From a virus (lineage: Duplodnaviria > Heunggongvirae > Uroviricota > Caudoviricetes): a DNA stretch of 20,151 nucleotides. Position numbers and translations under genes: made by a program. Every line of letters begins with the position of its first letter. Positions within the stretch are counted from its first letter, which is position 1. The notes under the pieces are model-generated. The model saw nothing but the letters and a program-made list of their open reading frames with translations. It did not search any database and had not been told where the DNA came from. The stretch lies in the IMG/VR virus record IMGVR_UViG_640753025_000004, positions 1-20,151 of that record. The stretch is one strand, 5' to 3'. Below, in pieces: positions 7,639 through 17,690 of the stretch.

Positions 7639-8783
7639 GTGTAGTTCACCTCACCACGAACAGCCAGCTCCCCAACTCCCGGCTCAATATTCGCAGAAGG
7701 CGACACAAGGATATAACCTGAAGTACCGGCAACATCCCCTATCGCACGGTTGAGATCTGAAAGGTAAATTTTCCCTGTGCCGAGCGGGTTAGCGGATTCA
7801 AACAATACCCCGTCAATCGCATCAGCAATGGCCGCAGTCGTTGCGCTGTCGGCATCAGATATCCCGCCTATTTCAAAATCGATAACGCGTTCGATGGGAG
7901 AGCAGACATAGTTAAGGGAAGTAACCGGCGCAAGCGGATACATATAATCGGCAACTCTCCCCTGATCCCCGGTGGCTTTTACAGCCCCCCACTCTTCCAG
8001 TTGAGAGACACCGTCAGTTCCTACAGGGAATCCATGATTGGTTTTATCATCGCCGTCGCACATGATGTAAATCACCACGGTACCCGGCCCCATCCCCCGG
8101 CGCCGTATCCATGCCCTGGTAATCCCCGACACGGATAAAGCCCAGCTTTTATAATCAGTGTCACTCCCGCCCTGCGGGGGATTCTGATACGCCAGCAGAC
8201 CACGTAATCGGAAATCCTCTTCACTTTCAATGTTGGCGCCGCCGGTGGCGGGCTCAATCAGCGTAACCGAGCTGTCTATGCCGGGGGCATTAGCATCCAG
8301 TGTAAGAATGGTGCCAGCATCGGCATTTCCGGAAGCGCCTCCTCCTGTCACATCGTCTGTGATATCCGGCAAAACCGCTGTTACAGCAACCGACGCACTG
8401 CCAGCAGTGTTTATCGTTATGGCATCATCGGTTGTGTACTGGTAACCATCATCACGGTTTAACACCGCCCCTTTTGACAGTGTTTTCCCCGGCGTTCCGG
8501 TAACGGTCGCCGCCGGAGAGCGTGCTGCCGTTGCGGCTTTTCGGTAAATCTGCTTTAGCGCCATCCATCCGGCAAGCCACTCATCGGTAGAGGTGAAAGG
8601 CGTGCTCTGACGGGCAATATAATCCAGGTAGGCGTAGTGCAGATGGGCCATGCCCGCATCCATATCAGCGAGCACCTTAAGGTTGCCAAACCGTAACAGC
8701 GCGCCAACACTTTCAAGCTCTGCCTGCATAAACTGGCGATTCTCCTGCCGGAGCTCGCTCAGTGTTTTCCGCTTAAATGGCAT
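7635..8783 (-). CDS. baseplate J-like protein (Mu gp47 / P2 gpJ family)
   Basis: 382-aa protein in conserved order after the GP46-like gene; overlapping stop and start. Confidence 0.7.
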   Translation of the reverse strand: MPFKRKTLSELRQENRQFMQAELESVGALLRFGNLKVLADMDAGMAHLHYAYLDYIARQSTPFTSTDEWLAGWMALKQIYRKAATAARSPAATVTGTPGKTLSKGAVLNRDDGYQYTTDDAITINTAGSASVAVTAVLPDITDDVTGGGASGNADAGTILTLDANAPGIDSSVTLIEPATGGANIESEEDFRLRGLLAYQNPPQGGSDTDYKSWALSVSGITRAWIRRRGMGPGTVVIYIMCDGDDKTNHGFPVGTDGVSQLEEWGAVKATGDQGRVADYMYPLAPVTSLNYVCSPIERVIDFEIGGISDADSATTAAIADAIDGVLFESANPLGTGKIYLSDLNRAIGDVAGTSGYILVSPSANIEPGVGELAVRGEVNYT

Positions 8784-9222
8784 TATTCAGTTGCTCCCAT
8801 AGCCAGAAGAATTTGAACTCCTGCCAGTCCCCCGCCGGCGGCAAATACCGGATGATGAGGTTCAGCCTATTCGGGAAAACAATCTCTGACTGAGCCTCTA
8901 TCGCTGCTGCAATACCATCCGACTTCATCCAGGCCAGAGCCTCTTCGGCATAATCTTCAGCTCTCATCGCCACTTCGCGCGTCAGTTTTTCACGCCGCAG
9001 TAGCCACAGCCTTGAGCCAATATTCCGGTCGTTGTCCAGATCCCCCCACCAGCCGCGGCGGTCAGTTCCTTCATAATCATCATCAGCGCGCGCCAGTCCG
9101 TCAGTAAACAAACTGATAATTATGGCCGTGTGCATATCATTCTCAGATGTCAGTACGCCGTTACCGGTTTGCCAGTCAGCATGAATGGCATCCACATCCC
9201 AGAATGAGGAAATATCACTCAT
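8773..9222 (-). CDS. phage GP46-family baseplate protein (gp25/W-like)
   Basis: 149-aa protein between the V-like and J-like genes, with 4-nt and 11-nt overlaps. Confidence 0.6.
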   Translation of the reverse strand: MSDISSFWDVDAIHADWQTGNGVLTSENDMHTAIIISLFTDGLARADDDYEGTDRRGWWGDLDNDRNIGSRLWLLRREKLTREVAMRAEDYAEEALAWMKSDGIAAAIEAQSEIVFPNRLNLIIRYLPPAGDWQEFKFFWLWEQLNNAI

Positions 9223-9800
9223 ACCTGACTCTCTGTTTTTTCGCTTATGATCGTGCTATCGCCGGACTGAACTTTTTTAACGTCATGGTCATGATCGTTG
9301 TGAGCATCCCGCAGCGCTTTGAGCGTTGAATTGTTCGTCTCGCAGTTATCGATGATGTCACCCGTCACCAGGAGTTTGGGGGTAACCAGCTTTACCTGTT
9401 CCGTTGCCGTCGCGGTGATGTTTCTGGCATTATTGATCTCTACATCTTTGCCTTTCGCATCAATGAAAATTCCCTCCTCGGTCAGATGAATATTCATCCC
9501 CTGCTGGTTATAGACCACGGTTTCGCCTGGCTTAAGCCCGGTATACCGGAAGCTTTGATGGTTAGAGGCAATGACGACAGGACTGGAGCGGTCCCCGCCG
9601 AGAAAGGCAATAAGCACATCCGATCCCGCCGGTAACCCCGATGAAAAACCAAAATCAGAGAGCCGTGGGGCGCTGGCCACTTCCAGCGGAGTCTGGTACT
9701 GGATTTCCTGCACAACCCCGCTATCTTTCTGCGTGGTAATACGGCCAATGCCCAGCATGCCGGCGATGCGCGTGGCCGATTTCTTTAAATTTTGATTCAT
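9219..9800 (-). CDS. baseplate assembly protein V (spike), Mu gp45 / P2 gpV-like
   Basis: 193-aa protein in canonical order after the hub gene, with a 4-nt overlap. Confidence 0.65.
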   Translation of the reverse strand: MNQNLKKSATRIAGMLGIGRITTQKDSGVVQEIQYQTPLEVASAPRLSDFGFSSGLPAGSDVLIAFLGGDRSSPVVIASNHQSFRYTGLKPGETVVYNQQGMNIHLTEEGIFIDAKGKDVEINNARNITATATEQVKLVTPKLLVTGDIIDNCETNNSTLKALRDAHNDHDHDVKKVQSGDSTIISEKTESQV

Positions 9801-10882
9801 TGGTTTAGTCCGGGTATTTGCTGGTAGAAAGCATAAGGCTGGACAGCGAAAGCCTCCGGGGGCATCAGATAAAGGCGCGCATGGGTGCCGTCACTGTCTC
9901 TGATATAAGTCACCTCTGCGATAAGCAATTCGGTGTCAGGCAGCTGCAGACTCGGGATGTTGACCGGGATAAGCGTATTCGGCTCCCATAATTTCCCGGA
10001 TTTATCGCGCCAGGAATCAATCGTCACCGTTAACTGACGGGAACGGCCGTATCGGCGGTTCATCTCCCAGTCAATCGCTCGCTGAGCCTGTTGTGAAGCC
10101 ATCAGTGTACTTTCAACAATAATGATCCGTTTTCGGTAACGCATACTGGCCGCCTCAGGATCGCGGGCCGTCGCCAGCGTCACCGAATCATAAGCCGTAT
10201 CTGGCGAGAATCCTGCAATCGGCGAAATGCTCATCGATACGCCGACGTAATCAGAAAAGCGGTCAGCCATCGAACGGCGGTAATAAGCCTGTTCGATATT
10301 TACCCCTTCTGCGATACCGCTGGCCGCGCGCTTTGTCCCCACCCGGGTCAGAAATAAGTTACCGTCAGGCTGATCGTAATAAAGCAATGCCGACCAGCGG
10401 GAGACACGATCAAGTATTTCCTGTGGCGATTCCCCCCAGTTCAGGGAAAATTGCGGAACTTTCACCAGATCATCAACGTCTGTACTTACGCCAATGTTGT
10501 AATGGGATGCGAGGCGGGAGGCTATATCAAGCGCATTACTGTTATTGATGACGTTATTTGGCCATTCAGCAGAGCAATCAACGAGATCTGCGCACTTACT
10601 GCGGCCTGAGGCTCTGACTTCATGGCGCGAACGGGAAATAGCAGGCGACCAGTCATCAACATACCCCGTCACTACCAGGTCGTTACCAAGCTTTACCTGA
10701 CAAGGCATCCCTTCCTTTACCAGCTGCTTCTGGTCACTTCCCGGAAAATAATCCATCAGTCCCAGGTCAAAATCGGAGGGAAAACGCTCAATGCCACGGG
10801 TCACCCGCACAGAGTCCCATCCTTCAATGATTTTTCCGCCCACTGTCAGGGAGACAATATCCTGATCATTATCCGTACTCAT
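9797..10882 (-). CDS. baseplate hub protein (phage late control D / Mu gp44-like)
   Basis: 361-aa protein at the head of the baseplate cluster; size and sequence character fit the GPD family. Confidence 0.6.
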   Translation of the reverse strand: MSTDNDQDIVSLTVGGKIIEGWDSVRVTRGIERFPSDFDLGLMDYFPGSDQKQLVKEGMPCQVKLGNDLVVTGYVDDWSPAISRSRHEVRASGRSKCADLVDCSAEWPNNVINNSNALDIASRLASHYNIGVSTDVDDLVKVPQFSLNWGESPQEILDRVSRWSALLYYDQPDGNLFLTRVGTKRAASGIAEGVNIEQAYYRRSMADRFSDYVGVSMSISPIAGFSPDTAYDSVTLATARDPEAASMRYRKRIIIVESTLMASQQAQRAIDWEMNRRYGRSRQLTVTIDSWRDKSGKLWEPNTLIPVNIPSLQLPDTELLIAEVTYIRDSDGTHARLYLMPPEAFAVQPYAFYQQIPGLNQ

Positions 10883-11265
10883 TGTCTCAACACCTTCATC
10901 GTCGTCGGCATAAATGCCGGATGCGGTACGCTGGCCTCCTGTATCAGTTCATTTGCCCGCGAGGCATCCTGATACAGGCGGTTGGCCAGTACCAGGGCAG
11001 GAACCGGCACCGCAGTATTGATTTGCATCAACTCACTCAGTCCGGATGAAGTCTGAGCCATGGTATTCAGAAAAGCGGTTCTCACGTCCATCAATGCCGT
11101 ATAAAGATCATCATCGCCACGGTCGCCCGCCAGTAGTAACGCGGTATCCAGTTGCCCGGCCACGCGTTGAGTGATTTCTTCGGCCTCATTACGACTGGTT
11201 GGGTTGTAATCTGCAGCAGCATCCGTCATGGCTCCGGTACATAGCACTACGATCAGCGTGTTCAT
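10879..11265 (-). pseudogene. probable C-terminal remnant of an upstream tail gene (possibly Mu gp43/N-like) at a deletion junction
   Basis: 128-aa ORF directly preceding the hub gene. Its 5' part overlaps the run-on 3' end of the D-like gene in another frame. No recognisable N-terminus. Confidence 0.3.
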
Positions 11266-11698
11266 GGTGCCAGCCAGTTGCTGGCTGCTTTCGGAACGCT
11301 GGTAAAGGTGCCTGGGCGCTGTCTTTCAGGAAGATGGCCAGCGGACGTAGTGCTGTTTTCAGTTCCGGCGCAGTCCAGGAATCGTCAAAAATAATATGAT
11401 TCTGGTTGAACTCGCCCATCAGGTACAGGCCGCCGGACTGATCGCCATGGGTGGAAGCGTCAACATCATCAACCAGAATGGCCGCTGGCGTCTCGCTACC
11501 ATCCGTTGCGGTTTTCACACTGGCTGTATATTTGCCACTGGCGGTGATCATGCCAAGCACAGTGCCACGCTTATACACACCGCCGGTGATCGTGCCGGTG
11601 TCAGTGACCAGTTGCAGCGTACCGGCAATTAACTGATCCGGCACAAACACTGAACTCTTCATGCCAGGTGCAAAGGCATTCTGACCAAATTGATCCAT
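11189..11698 (-). CDS. head decoration protein (lambda D-like) with aberrant 3' extension
   Basis: Position after the scaffold gene with TAATG coupling and SD AAGGAGAG. The first roughly 124 aa resemble D-like proteins in length and pattern; the ORF then continues about 45 codons beyond the expected end. Confidence 0.45.
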   Translation of the reverse strand: MDQFGQNAFAPGMKSSVFVPDQLIAGTLQLVTDTGTITGGVYKRGTVLGMITASGKYTASVKTATDGSETPAAILVDDVDASTHGDQSGGLYLMGEFNQNHIIFDDSWTAPELKTALRPLAIFLKDSAQAPLPAFRKQPATGWHHEHADRSAMYRSHDGCCCRLQPNQS

Positions 11699-12288
11699 TA
11701 TTTCTCTCCTTTAATGGAGTTGTAGAGGCCGGTCATCTGGTTTACCAGTGCCGATTTACCGTTCTCTTTCTTGCCGCCATCCGGATTCAGACGGACATCA
11801 TGGCTTTCCTGCATGCGCTGATCGAGAGAGCGCCCGCGCGTTGCCTTTGGTTGCAAGGCTGGCGCCGTGGATGCCAGAACATCGATAGCGGCGGTAGAGC
11901 TCATCCCGGTATTGAATGCGAGTGAAGCGGCCAGTGACGGATTCGCCGCAGCGTGCTTACTGCCGAAGATACGGGCGCAACGTTTACGCTCGGCGGCGCG
12001 GGCATTTTTCACCGCTTTGCTTTCTTTGCGGTCATCGTCGCCGTCATCTTCGGAATCGTCATCGTCTTCAGCCGCATCCAGGTCGTCACCGTCATCTTCA
12101 GCGTCATCATCACGATCGTCGTTTTCCGCGTCATCTTCGCGTTCATCGTCCCCGGCATCATCTTCGCGCTCATCCTCTTCCGCGCGACGGCCTTTCGCTT
12201 TTTTGGCCTTTTTGTCCTCTTCCTCTTCGGAAGCAGTCGCGCCACGGCCAATAAGATGAGCAAAACTAAAAGTCTTTTTCTTCGCCAT
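11698..12288 (-). CDS. scaffolding protein (Nu3-position) with long acidic tract
   Basis: ATG at 12288 with SD AGGAG, 1 nt after the protease stop. About 60-aa D/E-rich tract, then an Ala-rich C-terminal region. The track ORF start at 12372 is probably an over-extension. Confidence 0.5.
   Translation of the reverse strand: MAKKKTFSFAHLIGRGATASEEEEDKKAKKAKGRRAEEDEREDDAGDDEREDDAENDDRDDDAEDDGDDLDAAEDDDDSEDDGDDDRKESKAVKNARAAERKRCARIFGSKHAAANPSLAASLAFNTGMSSTAAIDVLASTAPALQPKATRGRSLDQRMQESHDVRLNPDGGKKENGKSALVNQMTGLYNSIKGEK
12000..12240. repeat. low-complexity degenerate GTCATC/GTCGTC repeat tract encoding the acidic scaffold segment
   Basis: Repeated gtcatcgtc/gtcatcttc units. They generate five overlapping spurious ORFs in the track on both strands. 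Confidence 0.6.
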
Positions 12289-12289
12289 T

Positions 12290-13156
12290 TCAGGCTCCTG
12301 TTTTTTCAAGTAAGTTTCTGAACGCAGCATCAGGAGGACACACCTCATCAGCCAGTCCAAGTTCCACACCATCAGCAGCCATAAAACAGGCAGCCTGAGT
12401 ACTTTTGATAACCTTTGCGCTAATCCCCCGATTTCTGGCGACGGTATTCACAAACAATTCGCCCATGGTGTTGATGTCCTGCTGAATAGCCGCCAGCGCT
12501 TCATCTGACAGCTCTCTCAGCGGTGCCCCCTCAGCCTTACGGGAACCGTAGGTGATGATGGTGACTTTGAGGCCGTCATCTTTTATCCGCTGGGTCCAGT
12601 CAAGGTGCATAGTGATCACACCAACTGAACCCACACCAGCGGTTCGGGGAACAGAAATCCGGTCCGCCGCACTGGCAATCGCATAGGCGGCGGAATAGGC
12701 GCTTTCCGTCAGAATGGCATGGATGGGCTTTTTCCCGCGGGCGCCATAAATGACATCGACCAGATCGAAACATCCGGCGACCTCGCCTCCTGGCGAATCA
12801 ATATCCAGGCAGATCCCTGTAATATCGGGGTCTTCCATCGCAGTCAGGAAGGCCTGACGAATGCCGTCATAGCCTGTCATGCCACTGTATGGGCGCAGGC
12901 TACCCAGCTTCTGCACCAGGGTCCCACATATCGGGATGACAGCGACGCCCAACACATTGTCATAACCCGGGTCGCTACGGGATTCCCGCCCCCTGTTATC
13001 GTCGTATCCATACCAGTCATCATCCATGGCAAGAGAGGATTCGATTTTACTGATGCCAAACCGGTCCATAACGGATGCCATGATGACTTCAGCTTTACTT
13101 GGGTGCAGCGCCAGCGGTGTATTAAAAAGGCGCTGGGCCAGATGAGGTAGATTCAC
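12290..13156 (-). CDS. head maturation protease / minor capsid protein C (S49 SppA/ClpP-like)
   Basis: The segment GICLDIDSPGGEVAGCFDLVDVIYGARGKKPIHAILTESAYSAAYAIASAADRI is typical of S49 peptidases; located after the portal gene. Confidence 0.8.
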   Translation of the reverse strand: MNLPHLAQRLFNTPLALHPSKAEVIMASVMDRFGISKIESSLAMDDDWYGYDDNRGRESRSDPGYDNVLGVAVIPICGTLVQKLGSLRPYSGMTGYDGIRQAFLTAMEDPDITGICLDIDSPGGEVAGCFDLVDVIYGARGKKPIHAILTESAYSAAYAIASAADRISVPRTAGVGSVGVITMHLDWTQRIKDDGLKVTIITYGSRKAEGAPLRELSDEALAAIQQDINTMGELFVNTVARNRGISAKVIKSTQAACFMAADGVELGLADEVCPPDAAFRNLLEKTGA

Positions 13157-14787
13157 TTTTCCTCCGGATCGGTAATTGTCTGGCTGGCGAACTGGTCCGC
13201 CTGCGCCCAGCTAGGTAATGGAAGTCCGCGCTTCAGGCAGGACTCAATTTCCCGCTGGCGCTGATCAAGTATCTCTTCCCAGTCCTCACCCACGTTTTCA
13301 CCCACTTCAATTTCGAGAGTGGAAAGGCCGGCATCGAGGCCGAGAATGGCGCCTTTTTTCTCTGCCACCGGATCAACCCATCCTCGCCCCGGCCCCATCC
13401 AGCGCGCACGGGAATACGCTGCCCGGGCATCAACAAAATCAGGGGCATCATTAGGTAGAGGTAAATCCTCGTTATCGTGAACTTCCTCCACAAAGGCCGT
13501 CAGAAGCGGCTGAGCGGTACCCATGGAGAAATCATCACGTCGGCGGGTGAGCGTTTTCCATGCCTCCAGCAAGGAAGATCGCGCAGAGCTGTAATTCACA
13601 TCAGACCAGTCCTGTGTAACCTGCTGAGGAGATAACCCCGTACCGGATGAGAAATTACGCAATACTGCAGACTCGAAAACCTCAAAGTTGCTGTAAGGGC
13701 GGGCAGCGTTGACCGTTGTTATTCTCTCCCCTGGATAAAGGATCGGCATACGGGCGCCATTCTGCAGCGTCAAACGGCGATCATTATGAAACTCTGCACG
13801 ACCATCCTGGTATGCTCCCAATCCCTCTTCGAAGTTTTCCCCCAGCGCGGACTGGATCATTTCGGGATCGTATGGAGACTCAATATACGCGGCGAAGATA
13901 GCATTCAGAATTGCTGCTTCCAGCTCGCTCTGGTCGTACTTCACCAGCATCTTCAGACGTTGCACTACTGGAGTCAGAATGCCATTCCCCCGATGCTGAG
14001 CTCCACGCTCATGGTCAAAGTCGTGCACAACGTGCGGGCGCCCCCATGCGGTTTCGCGCGGGATTCGTCGCCATGTCATTGTTTTGGCGCCACTCCACCA
14101 GTCACCGATATGTGCTTCACGTATGTGATAAGCCACAGGTGCGCCGTCAGCATCAATTTCAACGCCGCCGCGGATATTCGGCATATCAAAATTCTGCTGC
14201 GGGTTACTGAGTCTGTCGGGATCAACAACCTGCACCGTCGTGGCATAACGCCCCTTACCTGGTCCAAGGCGATCGGTGCGATACTGAAGCACCATCAGGG
14301 CATCGCCATCAATCAGCTTGTGGCGAAAGGCCAGACGCAACATTTGTGGAACGGTTAGCTTGCGCTCAACGTCACAATAACGGCCTGTGTCGTATGCCCA
14401 GGTTCTCCAGTGGGAAGCGAGTGCTTTTCCGTACTCTTCCGCCCATACTGCGTCAAAACTTTTATTACCTGTCATCATCCGTAATACACGATAGTCAGGC
14501 TTCATGATCGGACGGAAATTGGCGCCGACCGCATTATCAAGCAGGCGAGTTATGGCACCATTGGCCCATCCATCATTTCGGACCAGATCCCGCGCACGGG
14601 AAACTATACGGTCACGGTAGATATTAATTTCGTTATCCGGTGACCATAGTGCGGGCTGCCAGTTCGCCAGTTGATCGCTGAAGGAATCCCCGGCGTCATA
14701 TGGCACCCGGCTACCGCCCGTCAACATGCTGGGTTTTGGTGCCTGATAAGGTCTCCCGTCAGGACCAAGGATTTGCACTTTATTCAT
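13153..14787 (-). CDS. portal protein (lambda B-like)
   Basis: 544-aa protein between W and the protease; size and sequence character of lambda-family portal proteins. Confidence 0.85.
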   Translation of the reverse strand: MNKVQILGPDGRPYQAPKPSMLTGGSRVPYDAGDSFSDQLANWQPALWSPDNEINIYRDRIVSRARDLVRNDGWANGAITRLLDNAVGANFRPIMKPDYRVLRMMTGNKSFDAVWAEEYGKALASHWRTWAYDTGRYCDVERKLTVPQMLRLAFRHKLIDGDALMVLQYRTDRLGPGKGRYATTVQVVDPDRLSNPQQNFDMPNIRGGVEIDADGAPVAYHIREAHIGDWWSGAKTMTWRRIPRETAWGRPHVVHDFDHERGAQHRGNGILTPVVQRLKMLVKYDQSELEAAILNAIFAAYIESPYDPEMIQSALGENFEEGLGAYQDGRAEFHNDRRLTLQNGARMPILYPGERITTVNAARPYSNFEVFESAVLRNFSSGTGLSPQQVTQDWSDVNYSSARSSLLEAWKTLTRRRDDFSMGTAQPLLTAFVEEVHDNEDLPLPNDAPDFVDARAAYSRARWMGPGRGWVDPVAEKKGAILGLDAGLSTLEIEVGENVGEDWEEILDQRQREIESCLKRGLPLPSWAQADQFASQTITDPEEK

Positions 14788-15050
14788 CAGAATCTGAACC
14801 TCACTGGCTTCCGTGGCCGGGCGACAATTCCCAGTTGCGCCTGCAGCAACTGAATCAGCGCCAGCAGGTCGGCGAGAGAGCTTTGCTGATAGGAGACAGA
14901 GCGCGTCCCATCACCCTGCGTATAGGAGAATGAGACGCCACGGCTGCCGGTAGTCAGGTCGATATAAGCCTGCTGCGCTTTCTGCAGAGCGTCTCTGAGC
15001 TGCTCATCAGTCATCCCACCAGCAAGTAAGCTCGTGTTTCGGTTAAACAT
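14787..15050 (-). CDS. head-tail joining protein W-like
   Basis: Small protein between terminase and portal; its pattern parallels lambda gpW. Confidence 0.55.
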   Translation of the reverse strand: MFNRNTSLLAGGMTDEQLRDALQKAQQAYIDLTTGSRGVSFSYTQGDGTRSVSYQQSSLADLLALIQLLQAQLGIVARPRKPVRFRF

Positions 15051-15058
15051 GGTTTTCC

Positions 15059-17191
15059 TTATTGCGGCAGGAGTTTAGAAATGTTCTTACGCTTAACAGG
15101 AGCCATAGCCTCATCCACGATGGCACCCGGTAATTCGTAATTGATTTTTTCTTCTGGCTCGGCTGGCGCCGGCAGGAACTTATCGGGATCGGCCTGAAGG
15201 TTAGCGGCCCGAACATTGAGTTTTAATCCCATATGTTTCAGCCCACACAACGCGGCATAGCTGTAAACGAGGCAGTCGAGTGCTTCGTTCGCCCGTCCGG
15301 GGATAGGCTCCCAGACACTGAATCGCTGACCGGCCACCACTTTATAAACCAGTCGCTCGGCCAGCAGCTGGTTGAAATAGCCGAGGTCACGATCATCCGG
15401 GAAGTGCATATAGCCCGCACCGGCAGTACCTAAAGCTGGCGGTTCAAGATGCAGACGACCACGGACAACATCTTTCGCAGAGTTCACGCCAAGTATAATT
15501 GGCCTGAAGCTGGCTTTACTTTTTGATGTCGGTCGCTTGGTTGGCCAGACGGGGTTGCGTTTCCCACCCTGCGCAGATTCGCCCTTGATAGCCCAGACGC
15601 GGCGCCCAAGGCGATCTTTGCAGAACTCATAAACCTTTTGCGTGTGGTGACCGCCGGAGTCCATACATGCAGCCAGAATATTCAGCCCTCGCCCGTCGCC
15701 GCGTCGCCATATCTGTTTCAGGTACGCATCGAGGCGCTTCCAGGGTTCCTCAGTCTCCAGATCGCCATAAATGACGTCATGCGCAACTGACCACGATTCC
15801 TCGTCCCGCCCCCAGCCAGTGATCGTGATTTCGAATCGGTCATCCTGAGTATCGACGCCCGCAGTTAACAATGCCACGCCATCAGGAACGACGGCCGGGA
15901 AGACTTCACGGCGCGCCAGCAGGACATCAACCGGGAGCTGTTTCCCGTGGTTAGGCCGGTGCGGCAACCCCATCTGGGTGTTCCACCAGGCCTGTTCCTT
16001 ATCCGGATCCCCTTTCGCATCGAGGTATTTCTTTGCAATGTCCGATGGCTTGTCTTTTTGCCAGGGACTGAAGAGTTTTGACGCCTGGTACCCGGCGTGG
16101 TGATTATCCAGCGCCTCGGCCCCGCAGTCCGGGCAAATCGCCCGGTATACGGCATGCCGTTCCGACTCTGACCAGCGCCAGACGGCATCAACACTGCCCT
16201 CGTCTCCTTCATGCCATTTCTGGTCGTATTCCATTAATGGTGAATGGCGGGAACCACAACATTCAAACGGTTTGGTCTGATGCCAGCGGATTGTCTGTAA
16301 TGCCCGCAGACGCTCACCCTCTGACCAGCCAGCACCACAACATTCACAATGGATCATGGCCGCTTTGGTCAGGTGCTTATCACCTTCTTTTGGCCATTGA
16401 ACATGTTTGAAGAAATCAAGGAACTGTCGGTGCCCGCAATGGGGGCAAACTACAGAGGCCCGCCGCTGATCTGAATCTTCGTAACTGTCAGCAATCCGGC
16501 TTTCATCTTCGATCGTCGGCGAACAAGCCCGCACGGACAGCCAGTTAAGGCCAAATGTGGCGGTTCGCTCTTCCGCCAGAGCGATGGGATCGCCCTCACG
16601 GGTAATCGGATATTTATCCACCTCATCTGCCAGCAGAACACGGATCGGACGGCGCGCAAGGTTATCTGGACTACCGGCGCCGGCCAGCGCCAGAAATCCG
16701 CCGGTGAAAGCTTTATACAGAATGGTTTCTTTTGAACTCTTCTGCTTTGAGTCACCTATGATGTTACGCAGAACTGGCGTTACCCTAACCAGCGGGCTGA
16801 TGCGTTCTTTGGAAAACTGCTCAGCGGCCTCTTCCTTCGGCTGCAGGAGCAAAATCGGACATGGGTCGAGGTGCGCAAAATAACCAAACAGGTTTTCCAG
16901 CAGCGCGGTTTTCATTAACTGGGTACAGCACATCACGGTGATAATGTGGACGCCCGATTCCGTCGCGGCCAGCATAGGACCGCGGGCAATTTCAACCGTT
17001 GATGTTTCCCAGTTCCCGGAGGTACTGCCAGCTTCTTTCGCCAGCTTCCGGTAGTCATCGGCCCATTGCGGGACGCTGATCCGCGGCGGCGGTGTCCACC
17101 CTTTCCGGACACTCAGTTGAAGACGCTCAATCTTCCGCTGGGTTAAACTCTGGTTCTCCGAGGACTGAGATATGTTTGTGGACATGTTCAA
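15059..17191 (-). CDS. terminase large subunit (lambda gpA-like)
   Basis: 710-aa protein with an ATPase N-terminal region and a nuclease C-terminal region; overlaps the small-subunit gene by 65 nt as in lambda. Confidence 0.9.
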   Translation of the reverse strand: MNMSTNISQSSENQSLTQRKIERLQLSVRKGWTPPPRISVPQWADDYRKLAKEAGSTSGNWETSTVEIARGPMLAATESGVHIITVMCCTQLMKTALLENLFGYFAHLDPCPILLLQPKEEAAEQFSKERISPLVRVTPVLRNIIGDSKQKSSKETILYKAFTGGFLALAGAGSPDNLARRPIRVLLADEVDKYPITREGDPIALAEERTATFGLNWLSVRACSPTIEDESRIADSYEDSDQRRASVVCPHCGHRQFLDFFKHVQWPKEGDKHLTKAAMIHCECCGAGWSEGERLRALQTIRWHQTKPFECCGSRHSPLMEYDQKWHEGDEGSVDAVWRWSESERHAVYRAICPDCGAEALDNHHAGYQASKLFSPWQKDKPSDIAKKYLDAKGDPDKEQAWWNTQMGLPHRPNHGKQLPVDVLLARREVFPAVVPDGVALLTAGVDTQDDRFEITITGWGRDEESWSVAHDVIYGDLETEEPWKRLDAYLKQIWRRGDGRGLNILAACMDSGGHHTQKVYEFCKDRLGRRVWAIKGESAQGGKRNPVWPTKRPTSKSKASFRPIILGVNSAKDVVRGRLHLEPPALGTAGAGYMHFPDDRDLGYFNQLLAERLVYKVVAGQRFSVWEPIPGRANEALDCLVYSYAALCGLKHMGLKLNVRAANLQADPDKFLPAPAEPEEKINYELPGAIVDEAMAPVKRKNISKLLPQ

Positions 17192-17690
17192 TCAGCACCT
17201 CTGTCATCCTGTCCGCCGGCACATTCAGATCGGCGGCTATCAGCGGTGCCACGCGTGAAGGCCAGTTCAGCCAGGCATCACGCTGCTGGCGAAAGGCGTT
17301 AAACAGAACCTCCTCGGCGATGGCCAATTCAATTGTCTGGCCGCTGTCTTTTTCATACTGGAGCTTTGCCTGCAGGGCCATGTAATTTTCACGGATCCGC
17401 GCGGCCTCTTCCCTGGAAAGGACTGCACCTTCTGTAAGCATTATCTGGCGAACGGTTTCATCAATTTCATCGTCGCCATCATTCCGGGGTGCTGGGGCTT
17501 TTTTCTTCTTCGCGTTTGATGCCCGCGGATCTTTTCCATCACGGTTTTTCTTCAGCGCGGCATCGCTCGCCTCAACATCAATCAGGTCGCCATCCATGAC
17601 GATAAACCGACCAGCCTTGATCCATCGGCCAATAGTCTTGCGATCGACGCCTGAATGTTGCGCGTACTGACTCTGGTTCATCGTGGTCAT
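17127..17690 (-). CDS. terminase small subunit (Nu1-like, winged HTH N-terminus)
   Basis: N-terminus QYAQHSGVDRKTIGRWIKAGRF parallels the Nu1 DNA-binding domain; sits immediately downstream of the cos-like repeat array. Confidence 0.7.
   Translation of the reverse strand: MTTMNQSQYAQHSGVDRKTIGRWIKAGRFIVMDGDLIDVEASDAALKKNRDGKDPRASNAKKKKAPAPRNDGDDEIDETVRQIMLTEGAVLSREEAARIRENYMALQAKLQYEKDSGQTIELAIAEEVLFNAFRQQRDAWLNWPSRVAPLIAADLNVPADRMTEVLIEHVHKHISVLGEPEFNPAED

Noticed and set aside
11867-12321. Five overlapping track ORFs on both strands (Ser-rich, His/Arg-rich, hydrophobic and others)
   Set aside because: Artefacts of the low-complexity acidic-tract repeat. Only the minus-strand scaffold frame has an SD and operon context.
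13218-14358. Plus-strand and nested minus-strand ORFs within the portal gene, including a 190-aa plus-strand ORF
   Set aside because: Antisense or out of frame to a confidently assigned portal gene; no RBS or family features.
15233-16883. ORFs of 60-115 aa nested in the large terminase gene
   Set aside because: Embedded in the terminase frame or its antisense; typical spurious ORFs in GC-rich coding DNA.
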